From an uncultured bacterium (GTDB taxonomy: Bacteria; Verrucomicrobiota; Verrucomicrobiia; Limisphaerales; UBA8199): a DNA stretch of 64,000 bases. The translations under genes were made by a program, and so were the position numbers. Each line of letters opens with the position of its first letter. The stretch's first letter is position 1. Shown piece after piece: positions 21,347 to 31,333 of this stretch. Under the pieces are notes generated by a model that was not told where the DNA came from, made no database searches, and was given only the letters and a program-made list of their open reading frames with translations. The DNA lies in assembly GCA_963749495.1 (NCBI GenBank), contig CAVVMW010000021.1, positions 640,001 to 704,000 of the forward strand, in the 5' to 3' direction.

Positions 21347-21910
21347 ATGAATCGCCTCCTTTCCATCGGCCTGGTGGTCGCGGCCTGTTCGGGTTGCGGC
21401 AAGCAGGCGACAAAGCCGGCCGCGCCGCCGCAACCGGCCGTGACGTTCAAACCCCAGGAGATGGCCGACGCTCTGCACGCCGTAGTTGCCGCCGACCACG
21501 AGGCGCACATCCGGCTGGCCTTGGAGGACTTCCCGCCAGGAGACGAGCACGGTGAGGCTCTCATGGCCGTCCACGCCCAAATGCTGCGCCGTGCCTCCGA
21601 GTCCATCCAGCAGCAAGGAGCGGAATTCCACTATGTCCTGCGCTCGCTCTGGCCAATCAACCCAAGGAACGCCCCGGAAACTCCCACGGAGAGCACCGGC
21701 CTGCGATATGTCCACGACCATCCCGCCGCCAATTATTATGCGGAGGAGTCCCTGGGCGGGCGCCGGTATTTCACGGGCGTCTATCCCGAGGCCGCCCGCG
21801 TGGAGGCCTGCGCCAACTGCCACAATCGGAGCAGCGGCAGTCCAAGAACCGATTTCAAGGCGGGCGAGGTCATGGGCGGCCTTGTCGTGCGCGTGCCGCT
21901 GGAGTTTTAG
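21347..21910 (+). CDS. DUF3365/Tll0287-like heme c lipoprotein
   Basis: Lipobox-like VAACSGC; 'SLWPINPRNAP', 'EACANCHN', 'FKAGEVMGGLVVRVPL'. Confidence 0.8.
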   Translation: MNRLLSIGLVVAACSGCGKQATKPAAPPQPAVTFKPQEMADALHAVVAADHEAHIRLALEDFPPGDEHGEALMAVHAQMLRRASESIQQQGAEFHYVLRSLWPINPRNAPETPTESTGLRYVHDHPAANYYAEESLGGRRYFTGVYPEAARVEACANCHNRSSGSPRTDFKAGEVMGGLVVRVPLEF

Positions 21911-21918
21911 CAGATGTC

Positions 21919-22383
21919 ATGAACCCCGTTATCGCCGCGCACATTCATCTTCTCCTGAGCCACGCCCCGGTGGCGGCCATTTTTTTTGGATTGGGTTTGC
22001 TGGTCTTGGGCATCTGGGCCTCGAGCCGGGACATTCAGAAGGCCGCGCTGGGCCTGTTTGTCCTGGGGTCGGTTCTGGCCGTTGCGTCCTACCTGACAGG
22101 GGAACCGGCCGCAGGCGCGATCAAAGGACTGCCGGGGTTTTCCGAACGCATCCTCGAACAACACCAGTCCGCGGCGGGGGTGGCGCTGGCGGGTTGCATC
22201 GTGCTCGGGATCGTGGCCTTGGCGGGATTGATTCTCTTCCGGGGCAGGGCCGTCGGCGGCTGGTTCGGCATGTTGTTGGTGGCGGGCGCGCTGCTGGCCG
22301 GCGGCCTGGCCGTGAGGACGGCCAGCCAGGGCGGGCAAATCCGCCATTCGGAAATCCGCCCGTACGACGCCCAGGCCGAATGA
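21919..22383 (+). CDS. Four-TM membrane protein with conserved His (DUF2231-like)
   Basis: 'HIHLLLSHAP', 'YLTGEPA', 'EQHQSAA', 'TASQGGQIRHSEIR'. Confidence 0.65.
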   Translation: MNPVIAAHIHLLLSHAPVAAIFFGLGLLVLGIWASSRDIQKAALGLFVLGSVLAVASYLTGEPAAGAIKGLPGFSERILEQHQSAAGVALAGCIVLGIVALAGLILFRGRAVGGWFGMLLVAGALLAGGLAVRTASQGGQIRHSEIRPYDAQAE

Positions 22384-22415
22384 CAATGAGTGCAACCGTT
22401 CGAGTGGGGACGGGT

Positions 22416-22540
22416 GGGGCAGACCTCTGGTCTGCCGGTTGGAGGGGCCTCTGGCCCCAAGCCTCGCGGCTGCAAGGGACACGGAGCCGGAGGCTCCGTG
22501 AACCGGCAGACCAGAGGTCTGCCCCACAGTTGAACAGTTA
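22416..22540. repeat. REP-like family B copy 1
   Basis: gcagacctctggtctgccggtt...aaccggcagaccagaggtctgcccca; near-identical to 26704-26827. Confidence 0.85.
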
Positions 22541-22543
22541 GCC

Positions 22544-23626
22544 ATGAACAACGCGCTGCGGCAACGCTGGGTCAAGTGGGCGGCAGGCCTTGCGGGTTGG
22601 ACGGCGATTGGCCTCTCATCCGCATTCCAATTCTACATTTCGAGCGCCAAGGCCGGCCTGGAGGTCACGTGGGGCCAGGCGGTAAGCTATGCGCTGGGCG
22701 ATTGGTACGTCATTGCCCTGCTGTCCATCCCGGTGGTGCGCCTGGCGGGGCGCTTCCGTTTCGAGGCGGGGAGCCGGATGCACAGCCTGGCGGTCCATGT
22801 CCCGGGCAGCCTGCTCTTTTCGCTCGCCTACATGGTCTTGCGGGCCTGCGTGGGGCGTTGGCAGACCGAGTCGAGTTTCGCCGAGGCCTTTCAGGCCTTG
22901 CTGGTCAAGACCTGGCACTTCAACCTGCTCCTCTACTGGGTGATTGTCGCGGTCAGTTGCGCCTTCAACTATTACCGCAAGTTCCGGGAACGCCAACTGC
23001 GCGCGGCGGAACTGGAAAAGCATCTCGTGCAGGCCAAACTCCAGGCGCTGCGGGTGCAATTGAATCCGCATTTTCTTTTCAACTGCCTCCACTCGATCTC
23101 CGCCCTCATGCACAAGGACGTCGAGGCCGCCGACCGGGTCATCGCCCGCCTGAGCGACCTGCTGCGCGCCTCGCTCGAAAACGCAGACACGCAGGAAATC
23201 CCGCTGCGCGACGAACTGGAGCTGCTTCAACGCTACCTGGAAATCGAGCAAATCCGTTTTGGCAACCGCCTCACCGTGGAAACGGACATCGCGCCGGACA
23301 CGCTGGAGGCCCAGGTGCCGAACCTCATTTTGCAGCCGCTGGTGGAGAATGCGATTCGCCACGGCATTGGGCCCCACGCCAAGGCGGGCCGCGTCGAGTT
23401 GCGGGCGCATCGCGCGGAGGGCCGCCTGACGCTTGACGTGCGGGACAATGGCGGCGGGCTGCGGAGCGACGAACCGGTCAAGGAGGGCGTCGGCTTGTCC
23501 AATACCCGCGCCCGGCTGCGAACGCTCTACGGCGAGGGGCAAGCCCTTGAATTAATCAGCCGGGCTGGAGAGGGGTTGCTGGTCCGGCTGACCATTCCGT
23601 TTCACGTCGCGGGCCAGCCGGCATGA
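22544..23626 (+). CDS. LytS/YehU family sensor histidine kinase
   Basis: TM N-terminus, 'QLNPHFLFNCLHSI', 'LQPLVENAIRHG', 'DNGGG', 'GVGLSNTRARL'. Confidence 0.92.
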   Translation: MNNALRQRWVKWAAGLAGWTAIGLSSAFQFYISSAKAGLEVTWGQAVSYALGDWYVIALLSIPVVRLAGRFRFEAGSRMHSLAVHVPGSLLFSLAYMVLRACVGRWQTESSFAEAFQALLVKTWHFNLLLYWVIVAVSCAFNYYRKFRERQLRAAELEKHLVQAKLQALRVQLNPHFLFNCLHSISALMHKDVEAADRVIARLSDLLRASLENADTQEIPLRDELELLQRYLEIEQIRFGNRLTVETDIAPDTLEAQVPNLILQPLVENAIRHGIGPHAKAGRVELRAHRAEGRLTLDVRDNGGGLRSDEPVKEGVGLSNTRARLRTLYGEGQALELISRAGEGLLVRLTIPFHVAGQPA

Positions 23627-24384
23627 ACAGAATCCGGACCCTCATCGTTGACGACGAATCGCTGGCGCGCGAGCGGCTGCGCCAGTTGCTGCAAGACGAG
23701 CCGAGATCGAACTCGTGGCGGAGTGTTCCGACGGCAGGGAAGCGGCCGCGACGATTGGGAGCAAATCGCCCGAACTGGTCTTTCTGGACGTGCAGATGCC
23801 GGAATTGGATGGCTTCGGCGTCCTGGAATCCATCGAACGCGGCGGCGCCGCCGGTGATTGTGTTCGTCACGGCGCACGACCAGTTCGCGTTGCGCGCCTT
23901 CGAGGTTCACGCCGTGGATTACCTGCTCAAACCATTCGACCGCGAACGGTTCCAAAAGGCGCTGCGCCGCGCCATCGCGCAAGTCAGACAACGCGCCGGC
24001 AGCGCCCTGGCCGAGCGCCAGGCCGCGATGCTCGCCGAGCTGAGCTCGGCCAGACTGCCCGAACGGCTTGCGGTCAAATCGGGCGGGCGCGTCGTCTGGG
24101 TGCGCATGGATGAAATTGACTGGATCGGGTCCGCAGATAATTACGCGGAACTGCACGTTGGCGCCAAATCGCACCTCCTGCGCGAGACCCTGGCCTCGCT
24201 GGAGGGCCGGCTGGCACCGGAGCGATTCGTCCGTATCAGCCGCTCGGTCATCGTCAACGCGCAGCGGATCAAGGAACTCAAGCGGCTCTTTTACGGCGGC
24301 TGCGAACTGACCCTCCAGGACGGAACGAAACTCACCTTGAGCCGCCGCTACCGCGACAAGCTGCGGCAATTGGGGATCGGGTGA
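23623..24384 (+). CDS. LytTR family response regulator (two compensating frameshifts between ~23705 and ~23840)
   Basis: 'IRTLIVDDESLARERL'; alternate frame gives 'PELVFLDVQMPELDGF'; 'FVTAHDQFA...DYLLKPF'; LytTR domain 'FVRISRSVIVN'. Confidence 0.9.
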   Translation: MNRIRTLIVDDESLARERLRQLLQDEPRSNSWRSVPTAGKRPRRLGANRPNWSFWTCRCRNWMASASWNPSNAAAPPVIVFVTAHDQFALRAFEVHAVDYLLKPFDRERFQKALRRAIAQVRQRAGSALAERQAAMLAELSSARLPERLAVKSGGRVVWVRMDEIDWIGSADNYAELHVGAKSHLLRETLASLEGRLAPERFVRISRSVIVNAQRIKELKRLFYGGCELTLQDGTKLTLSRRYRDKLRQLGIG

Positions 24385-24426
24385 GAAAGGATTGTATTGA
24401 GGACAGGATTCTGCCAGACTCGGCCC

Positions 24427-25744
24427 ATGAACACCTATCTCGAACGCGTCGTCGATCTGCTCGATCCGGCCTTGAATCAAATCCACAACATGAGCGTCGA
24501 GGAGGCGCGCCGGCGCCTGCTCTCGGGCGGAGCGGAGGCGGTGCGGGAGATCAACGGCTCCTTTGCGCTGCTGGCGCGGGAGGGAAAGACGGTGCGCCTG
24601 GCGCGTTCGATGGACCGGCCAGCGCGTTATTTTCTGGCCAAGCGCGCGCAAGGCCCGGCGCTGATTGTGGCGGATCGCATCGACGCCATTTTCAACCAAC
24701 TCAAGGCCGAGGGACTCCAGGGCCAGTTTCACCCGACTTACACGCGCATGGTCCCGGCGCACTATGTCGTGGAGTGCAGCTCATCGGGTGTCCCGATCCC
24801 GAGCCGGTTTACACGCGCTATTTCACACCGCAACGCAATGCGCTGCCGGCCGACCCCGCCGAGATCGGCCGGCGCTATATCGGGGCCCTGGCCGATGAGA
24901 TAGCGAAATGGCTGGGGCGCATCCCCTCAGGCGAGCCCATCGGCGTGGCCTTCTCGGGAGGCGTGGACAGCGGGTCGGTGTTTCTGGTGACCTATCACGT
25001 CATGCGCCAACTGGGCATGAGCCCAGCCGGCTCAAGGCCTTCACGCTGAACCTGGGCGACGGCCCGGACTTCCGGCAGGCGCGTGAGTTCCTGGAACCGC
25101 TGGGCCTGGGGCTTTTTCTCGAGCCTGTCGAGGCCGAGCTGTCGTCGCTCGACCTGGCGGAGACGCTGCGGGTCCTGGAGGATTACAAGCCGCTGGACGT
25201 CGAGTGCGCCTCGATGGGCCTGGCCCTGTGCCGCGGCATCCGCGCGCGCTACCCGCAATGGAACTATCTGGCGGACGGCAACGGCGGCGACGAGAACCTC
25301 AAGGATTACCCGATCGAGGACAATCCCGAGCTGACCCTTGGCAGCGTGGTGAACAACCTGATGCTCTACCAGGAGGGCTGGGGCGTGGGCCGCATCAAGC
25401 ATTCGCTGACTTACAGCGGCGGGTTGAGCCGGAGCTACCTGCGCACTTACGCGCCGGCGCGGCATTTTGGGTTTGCGGGCTTCAGCCCGTTCACGCGCCC
25501 GAATGTGGTCGGCGTGGCCGAAGGCATCCCTTTCGCTGCTCTCACCGGGATGTCCGTGGATCGGCTCTACGCGCTCAAGGGCGAGATTGTCAGGCGCGGT
25601 GTCAAGGCCATCACCGGCCTTGACATGCCGGTGTTCGCCAAGCGCCGCTTCCAGCACGGCGCGGTTTCAGCGGAGCGCCTGCGCCAGAGGCTCTCCGGCA
25701 GGGAAAATGAATACCGGAGACAGTTCCTGGCGATGTTCAACTGA
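24427..25744 (+). CDS. Asparagine-synthase-related PP-loop ATP pyrophosphatase; frameshifts near 24780 and 25020
   Basis: Degenerate Ntn-like N-terminus ('INGSFALL', 'LARSMDRP'), PP-loop 'GVAFSGGVDSG', 'DGNGGDEN'. Confidence 0.75.
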
Positions 25745-25770
25745 GCCTGGGAACGCCGGTTGAGCCACGG

Positions 25771-26658
25771 ATGAACACGGACAGGCCACGCGGATGGTCC
25801 GTGGAGGAGGAACGCGCCCAATCCGGGCGGATCGTTCAAAGCGCCACGATCTTGCTCACCAACAAGCAATGTCCGTGGCGTTGCCTGATGTGCGACTTGC
25901 AGCAAAACACAACCCGGCAGACGGTGCCCACCGGCGCGATTCCACGGCAGATCCAGTTCGCGCTGGCGCAACTGGGCGTCGAGCCGGAACAGGTCAAGCT
26001 CTACAACAACGGCAGCTTCTTCGATTCCGCCGCGATTCCGCCGGCGGATTACCGGGACGTTGCCCGCGCGGTTTCCTGCGCCAACCATGTCGTGGTTGAA
26101 TCCCATCCGCGGCTCGTTGGAGAAAAGGCGCTGCGGCTTCGCGACGTGCTTGCCGGCTCGCTGGAGGTGGCAATGGGTTTGGAAACCATCCATCCGCAGG
26201 TCCTGCCGCGATTGAACAAGAGGTCCGGCCTGGAACATTTTTCGCGCGCAACCGAATTTCTGCGGACCAGCGGGATAGCCGTGCGCGCTTTCATCCTCGT
26301 GGGGCCTCCGTTCCTGAACGAGGCCGAAGGACTCGAATGGGCGGTGAAATCCGCCGCGTTCGCCTTCGCGTGCGGCGCGGCAGTGGCGTCGCTCATCCCC
26401 ACACGCGCCGCCAATCGGGCGATGGAGCAATTGATGGCGGCCGGCCAATTCACCCCGCCGCGATTGGCAACCCTGGAGAAGGCCCTGGAACAGAGCCTGG
26501 ACCTGGGCGCGGGACGGGTGTTCGCCGATACGTGGGACTTGGAGGCCTTTTCCGGTTGCGCGTCCTGTTTCGAGCAACGGCGGCAGCGGCTGCGCACGAT
26601 GAATCTCTCGCAAGCCATCCCGCCGCCCGTCCGTTGCCCCGCCTGCGCTCAGGCATGA
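25771..26658 (+). CDS. Radical SAM protein resembling archaeosine RaSEA / Elp3-like family
   Basis: CxxxCxxC 'CPWRCLMC'; 'VKLYNNGSFFD', 'VVESHP', 'LEVAMGLET...LNK'; C-terminal CxxC pairs. Confidence 0.8.
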   Translation: MNTDRPRGWSVEEERAQSGRIVQSATILLTNKQCPWRCLMCDLQQNTTRQTVPTGAIPRQIQFALAQLGVEPEQVKLYNNGSFFDSAAIPPADYRDVARAVSCANHVVVESHPRLVGEKALRLRDVLAGSLEVAMGLETIHPQVLPRLNKRSGLEHFSRATEFLRTSGIAVRAFILVGPPFLNEAEGLEWAVKSAAFAFACGAAVASLIPTRAANRAMEQLMAAGQFTPPRLATLEKALEQSLDLGAGRVFADTWDLEAFSGCASCFEQRRQRLRTMNLSQAIPPPVRCPACAQA

Positions 26659-26703
26659 AAGAGGCGGATGGTCCCGGTGCAACTGTTCAGGGGGGGCGCG
26701 TGC

Positions 26704-26827
26704 GGCAGACCTCCGGTCTGCCGGTTGCAGGGGCCTCTGGCCCCGAGCCTCGCAACTGCAAGGGACACGGAGCCGGAGGCTCCGTGAACCGGCAGACCAG
26801 AGGTCTGCCCCACACTTGAACAGTTAC
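26704..26827. repeat. REP-like family B copy 2
   Basis: Near-identical to 22416-22540. Confidence 0.85.
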
Positions 26828-26837
26828 ATCCCGGCTA

Positions 26838-27773
26838 TCACTGCGGTTTCCGCGTTGACCGTTCGGCAACCCAGTACGAATCCACGTTGTTGGGGGATGG
26901 AACGTTCAAGCTCCCCAGGCGGCCTATGGGCGGTGTGGTCCTGCGGTCCCTCCATTTATGAATTTCGGAGTGGCCATCCACAAAGGAAAGGCCTCCGGCG
27001 CCGCCGTGGTAGCTGCCCGGGAAATTGATGAGATACCACGCGGACGGCGTACTGGGCCAACCGTTCATGGAGGTGCACCACTCGCCGTCATTGATGCTGT
27101 CGCATCTCTCGTCGAGGAACACGATGGTCATCGACGGTCCCGGGTGGACCACGTCGGTCATCTTCTTATACTTGGTGTAGCCGCTGTTGCCGGTGAAGCC
27201 GTCACAGTCGCTGCTGTTGAACCAGCTCAGCATCGACATACTCCGCTGTCGCGGATACGTCTGGCCTCCGATCTGTCCGCTCTGGTACTGGCCGGGTGGG
27301 GCGACGCACTGATACTTGCTGTCACCCGGACACCGCCAGATGGCCGTGTTGTTGCCGCAATAGGCAAACAGCCGGCTTTTCTTTACGACGATATCGACAT
27401 TCCAATTGTTCTGGTTCTGCCCATCGGTCACTGCGTTCCCGCTCCAGCTCATTTCGAAATCATACGGAATCCAATCGCTGTTGGCGTACCCCCAGGCGGT
27501 CGGCACCTTGTCATTGTTGTCTTCGCAATAGGTTCGCCAGGCGAGCATCATCTGTTTGCCATTGCTCATGCATTGAATCCCCTGCGCCTTGAGTTTGGCG
27601 CGGGCCAAGGCGGGCAACAACATGGCGGCCAGGATGGCAATGATGGCGATCACCACCAATAATTCGATGAGGGTGAACCCTCGCGGCCCAGGGCACATTG
27701 CAGTGGCTCTTGAGACAGGACTTCTCTCCAGCCCCGAGAGAACGGGTTTCGCACTTGACTGATGATTTTTCAT
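26838..27773 (-). CDS. Prepilin-type N-methylation domain protein with H-X9-DG motif (DUF1559-like)
   Basis: '[25 protein letters not shown]', 'CMSNGKQ', '[16 protein letters not shown]'. Confidence 0.92.
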   Translation of the reverse strand: MKNHQSSAKPVLSGLERSPVSRATAMCPGPRGFTLIELLVVIAIIAILAAMLLPALARAKLKAQGIQCMSNGKQMMLAWRTYCEDNNDKVPTAWGYANSDWIPYDFEMSWSGNAVTDGQNQNNWNVDIVVKKSRLFAYCGNNTAIWRCPGDSKYQCVAPPGQYQSGQIGGQTYPRQRSMSMLSWFNSSDCDGFTGNSGYTKYKKMTDVVHPGPSMTIVFLDERCDSINDGEWCTSMNGWPSTPSAWYLINFPGSYHGGAGGLSFVDGHSEIHKWRDRRTTPPIGRLGSLNVPSPNNVDSYWVAERSTRKPQ

Positions 27774-27889
27774 ATCAAACCTCGCGCGTCAGCGAGATTT
27801 TGGTTCTCGCAGGCGCTGCTTGTTTTCCAGCCGGACACCGAGGCACCAACTGCCGCAGACGGTCGGGGTCCTGCGCTGCTACACCCGGA

Positions 27890-27918
27890 ACTAAAGCCGA
27901 GCCTCGGCCAGTTGTCAA
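27890..27918 (-). promoter_or_regulatory. Candidate sigma70 promoter for the prepilin gene
   Basis: TTGACA-N17-TTTAGT. Confidence 0.35.
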
Positions 27919-28200
27919 GTGGAAGTTGGCCGGGACCAGCCCTTGCAATCTGCTGGATAACGCTGGGTTCAGGCCCGGAAATTGGTTGCGGGGCTGGATT
28001 TGTTCCCCGACACGCGGGAAATATCGCCCATTTTCTCCATTTTCCAAGACAATTCGTTCGTAATCGGTCCTTACCCGAACGGACTCCAGCACGACTTCTC
28101 CTTTGAGTGAATTAAGGATTTTCAGCGGCCGGGATTGCTTGACAGCCTCCCTTGGCTGACGCAGTCTCGGGGTGTTTATGGTCGAGCTCCCTGGGGAATT

Positions 28201-28953
28201 ATGCCCGACGCACATCCGGAACAGGAAAGCCGCACCGAGGGCGTCTCGTGGTTCGTCGCCACCCACTGGACAGTTGTGCTGGCGGCCGGCCAGGCGGAGC
28301 AACCGCGCCGCGCCCAAGCGCTGGAAACACTCTGCCGCACCTATTGGGAGCCGCTCTACGCTTATCTGAGGTACCAGGGGCATTCCCCACCCGACGCGGA
28401 AGACCTGACGCAAGCGTTCCTGCTTCACTTGGTCGAGCGGGGTGTCTTCGAGCAACTCCGCCCAGAGAAGGGCAAGTTCCGGACTTTTCTCCTTAAATCG
28501 CTCCACAACTTTGTGGCCGACGCGCGCGCACGGGCAGGGGCGGCGCGACGCGGCGGCGGGCAGCCGCTGCTGTCCCTGGACGCCGAGGGCGCGGAGCGCC
28601 ATTACGCCGAGGCGGCTGCCGAGGCCCCGAGTGCCGATGCCCTCTTCGACCGCCGCTGGGCGATGACCGTGCTGAACGGCGCCTTCAGGCGGCTGCAAGA
28701 AGAGTTCCTTGCAAAAGACAAGGCGCAGCAGTTGGCCGAGCTGGCGGTGTTCCTGGCCGCCGAGGGCGATGGAGCCCAATACCAAGCCGCCGCTCAGCGC
28801 TTGGGGATGACCTCCGGCGCGGTGTCGGTGGCGGTGAGCCGGCTGCGCGAGCGCTACCGCGCCTGTATTGGCGCGGAAATCGCCCACACAGTTGCCTCCC
28901 TCGCCGAAGTGGACGAGGAGATGCGCTATCTGTTCGACGTGTTGAACCGGTGA
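28201..28953 (+). CDS. ECF sigma factor, kinase-associated type
   Basis: 'FVATHWTVV', 'LCRTYWEPLYAYLR', 'DAEDLTQAF', 'GKFRTFLL', 'FDRRWA', 'VAVSRLRERYR'. Confidence 0.9.
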   Translation: MPDAHPEQESRTEGVSWFVATHWTVVLAAGQAEQPRRAQALETLCRTYWEPLYAYLRYQGHSPPDAEDLTQAFLLHLVERGVFEQLRPEKGKFRTFLLKSLHNFVADARARAGAARRGGGQPLLSLDAEGAERHYAEAAAEAPSADALFDRRWAMTVLNGAFRRLQEEFLAKDKAQQLAELAVFLAAEGDGAQYQAAAQRLGMTSGAVSVAVSRLRERYRACIGAEIAHTVASLAEVDEEMRYLFDVLNR

Positions 28954-28987
28954 GTCGTGTCCCGTGCTCCCACGGCTTCCAGGTTCC

Positions 28988-29013
28988 TGTAATCCGCCGC
29001 TCTATTTCCCGTT
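28988..29013 (+). promoter_or_regulatory. Candidate ECF promoter TGTAAT-N16-CGTT upstream of the kinase
   Basis: Same motif and spacing as 31239-31264. Confidence 0.55.
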
Positions 29014-29044
29014 TTAATCGAAGAACCGACATCGGCCCAAGCCC

Positions 29045-31186
29045 ATGAGCACCAGGCCCACCTGCCCGCAATGCGGAGGGCGCATCCCGGAGGACGCGCC
29101 GGCGGGGCTGTGTCCCAGGTGCGTGGTGCAGATCGCTCGCGGGAGTCGCCTGCGGTATTTCGGCGACTACGAATTGCTGGGCGAGCTTGGCCGCGGCGGC
29201 ATGGGAGTGGTGTTTCACGCGTGGCAGATCAGCCTCAACCGCGCTGTGGCCGTGAAGGTGCTCGTGTTGGGCCGACTCTCCTCGAAGGAGGCGGTTCGTC
29301 GTTTTCACCTCGAGGCCGAAGCGGCGGCGCAATTGCAGCATCCCAACATTGTGGCCATCCACGAAATCGGTGAGCACGAGGGCCAGCACTTCTTTTCGAT
29401 GGACTACATCGAAGGGCCCAGCCTGGCCGCGCTGGTGGAGAAGGGGCCCCTGGCGCCCGAACGCGCGGCGCGCTATGTGCGCATCATCGCCGAAGCCGTT
29501 GAATATGCACACCAGCGCGGCGTGGTACACCGCGACCTCAAGCCGTCCAATATCCTGATCGACGCTTCCGACCAGCCGCACGTCACGGACTTTGGCCTGG
29601 CCAAGCGATTGAATGAGGCTGCCGATCTGACATTGTCCGGCCAATTGCTTGGGTCTCCCGGGTACATGCCGCCTGAGCAAGCCTCGGCCAAACGCGGCAA
29701 GGCCGGCGTCACCAGCGATGTCTATTCCCTGGGCGCCGTGCTGTACCACTTGCTCACGGGGCGCGCGCCATTTGTCGGCGATGATGTCAATGAGACCGTT
29801 GGCAAGGTTCTCCATGAACCTCCGGAGCCGCCTCGCGAACTCAATCCCGAAATCCCTCGTGACCTGGAAAGCATCTGCCTTAAATGTCTCCAGAAAGACC
29901 CCCAACTCCGCTACGAGGCAGCCAGCGCTCTGGCTGAAGACCTTGCTCGCTGGCAAATGGGCTTGCCTGTTTCGACGCGGCCTCTGAGCCTTCCGGCTAG
30001 GCTGTGGTGTTGGCGAGGGCGAAGACCGGCCCCAACCGACACTGCCGCTCTGGTAATCAGCTCGGTCGTTTTCTTTGGACTCGTTCTGCTCCTCGGACAT
30101 TTTCTTCTTCGACACAGTGAGTTTCACTCCACATTCAGAAGAACTGGAAACGCCGCTGAATCCAGACAGGCAGGGCTTGCTGCTGACCCGCGCTTGTCGA
30201 ATCTCCTTGGCAAGGTCGTCTTCTCATATCAACAAAAGGAGCAATCGCATTACGATCTCTGGTGGATAAACGCCGATGGCACGGGATTGGCGAACCTCAC
30301 GCAGACGCCGGATGAAGATGAGTTTGAACCCGTGGTCAGCCCGGACGGCCGATATGTTGCCTTCGCTGTTGTCGGTCATTCTCCTCCCACTTTGGATGGC
30401 ATTTACATCCAGGAGCTGGCGGGCCCGGGGAAACGGCAACTGGTCAACGCAGCGGATTATTCCAATTCCGAGGCATTTTGTCCACTTTGGCTGAACTCGA
30501 CCACCATCTTGTTTACGGCCACTACCGCCGTCGGCCGTTCCTCTGCCTACCGAGTGTCAACACTCGGCGGCGCCGCGCAGGTCATTTTCGCGTTTGTGGA
30601 CGCGTTGAACCTGGGCTCGGGCGCGGTCACTGATGTTGCGCCGGATCGCTCCCGGCTGCTGGTTTGCGCCCAAACCGGCACCTGGGCGCCAAGCCTGGAC
30701 GTTTATGCGGTCGGCGTGGATGGAAAGCACCCAGTGGTGTTGCACCAGGACCAACTGGACGAGCGGCGGGATCCAGTGGCCAAATGGTCGCCGCGCGGGG
30801 ACCAGGTCGCCTTCAGTCACTGGCTTACCCCTGGCGCCTATCACGACCCCGAGCATATGGGAGTCGCGGTTGTCCGGACGAACGGAAGTGGTTTCCAAGT
30901 ACTCACCCCGGACGCCCAGTTTTGCCATCTGCAGGCTTGGTCTCCCGATGGCGCCAGACTTCTCTTTCTGAAGTCCGACTACTATGCCGACCCGGCGGCC
31001 CACACCGCCAACACGGGCAATCTCTGGGTCATGGACGCCAACGGGTCCAACCAGGTGCAACTCACCCATCTGGACGGCTGGTTTCCGATGGAATATCAGG
31101 CCGTTGCGGCGGGGCCTCGCTCGCATTCCTGCTGGTTCTCAGGTTCGAAGTCAAGTGGCGGTCCGCCGGGGAAGATGCCCCCGTGA
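29045..31186 (+). CDS. Membrane Ser/Thr protein kinase with extracellular TolB-like propeller
   Basis: Zn ribbon CPQC..CPRC, GRGGMG, VAVK, HRDLKPSN, DFG, YMPPEQ, one TM, PD40-like repeats (VSPDG, WSPRG, WSPDG). Confidence 0.92.
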   Translation: MSTRPTCPQCGGRIPEDAPAGLCPRCVVQIARGSRLRYFGDYELLGELGRGGMGVVFHAWQISLNRAVAVKVLVLGRLSSKEAVRRFHLEAEAAAQLQHPNIVAIHEIGEHEGQHFFSMDYIEGPSLAALVEKGPLAPERAARYVRIIAEAVEYAHQRGVVHRDLKPSNILIDASDQPHVTDFGLAKRLNEAADLTLSGQLLGSPGYMPPEQASAKRGKAGVTSDVYSLGAVLYHLLTGRAPFVGDDVNETVGKVLHEPPEPPRELNPEIPRDLESICLKCLQKDPQLRYEAASALAEDLARWQMGLPVSTRPLSLPARLWCWRGRRPAPTDTAALVISSVVFFGLVLLLGHFLLRHSEFHSTFRRTGNAAESRQAGLAADPRLSNLLGKVVFSYQQKEQSHYDLWWINADGTGLANLTQTPDEDEFEPVVSPDGRYVAFAVVGHSPPTLDGIYIQELAGPGKRQLVNAADYSNSEAFCPLWLNSTTILFTATTAVGRSSAYRVSTLGGAAQVIFAFVDALNLGSGAVTDVAPDRSRLLVCAQTGTWAPSLDVYAVGVDGKHPVVLHQDQLDERRDPVAKWSPRGDQVAFSHWLTPGAYHDPEHMGVAVVRTNGSGFQVLTPDAQFCHLQAWSPDGARLLFLKSDYYADPAAHTANTGNLWVMDANGSNQVQLTHLDGWFPMEYQAVAAGPRSHSCWFSGSKSSGGPPGKMPP

Positions 31187-31238
31187 TGGGCCGCCAAAGA
31201 CGCGGCTTTCGGAGCAGGTGCTGAAACTTCACATTTTA

Positions 31239-31264
31239 TGTAATCGCACGGCCATTTTGCCGTT
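31239..31264 (+). promoter_or_regulatory. Candidate ECF promoter TGTAAT-N16-CGTT upstream of the TM2 operon
   Basis: Same motif as 28988-29013. Confidence 0.55.
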
Positions 31265-31333
31265 TGAATGGATGGAGCCAGATGAATGAATCACTGGCCC
31301 GGCGTCTGAATCCGTAACCGAAACGGAGTCGCT

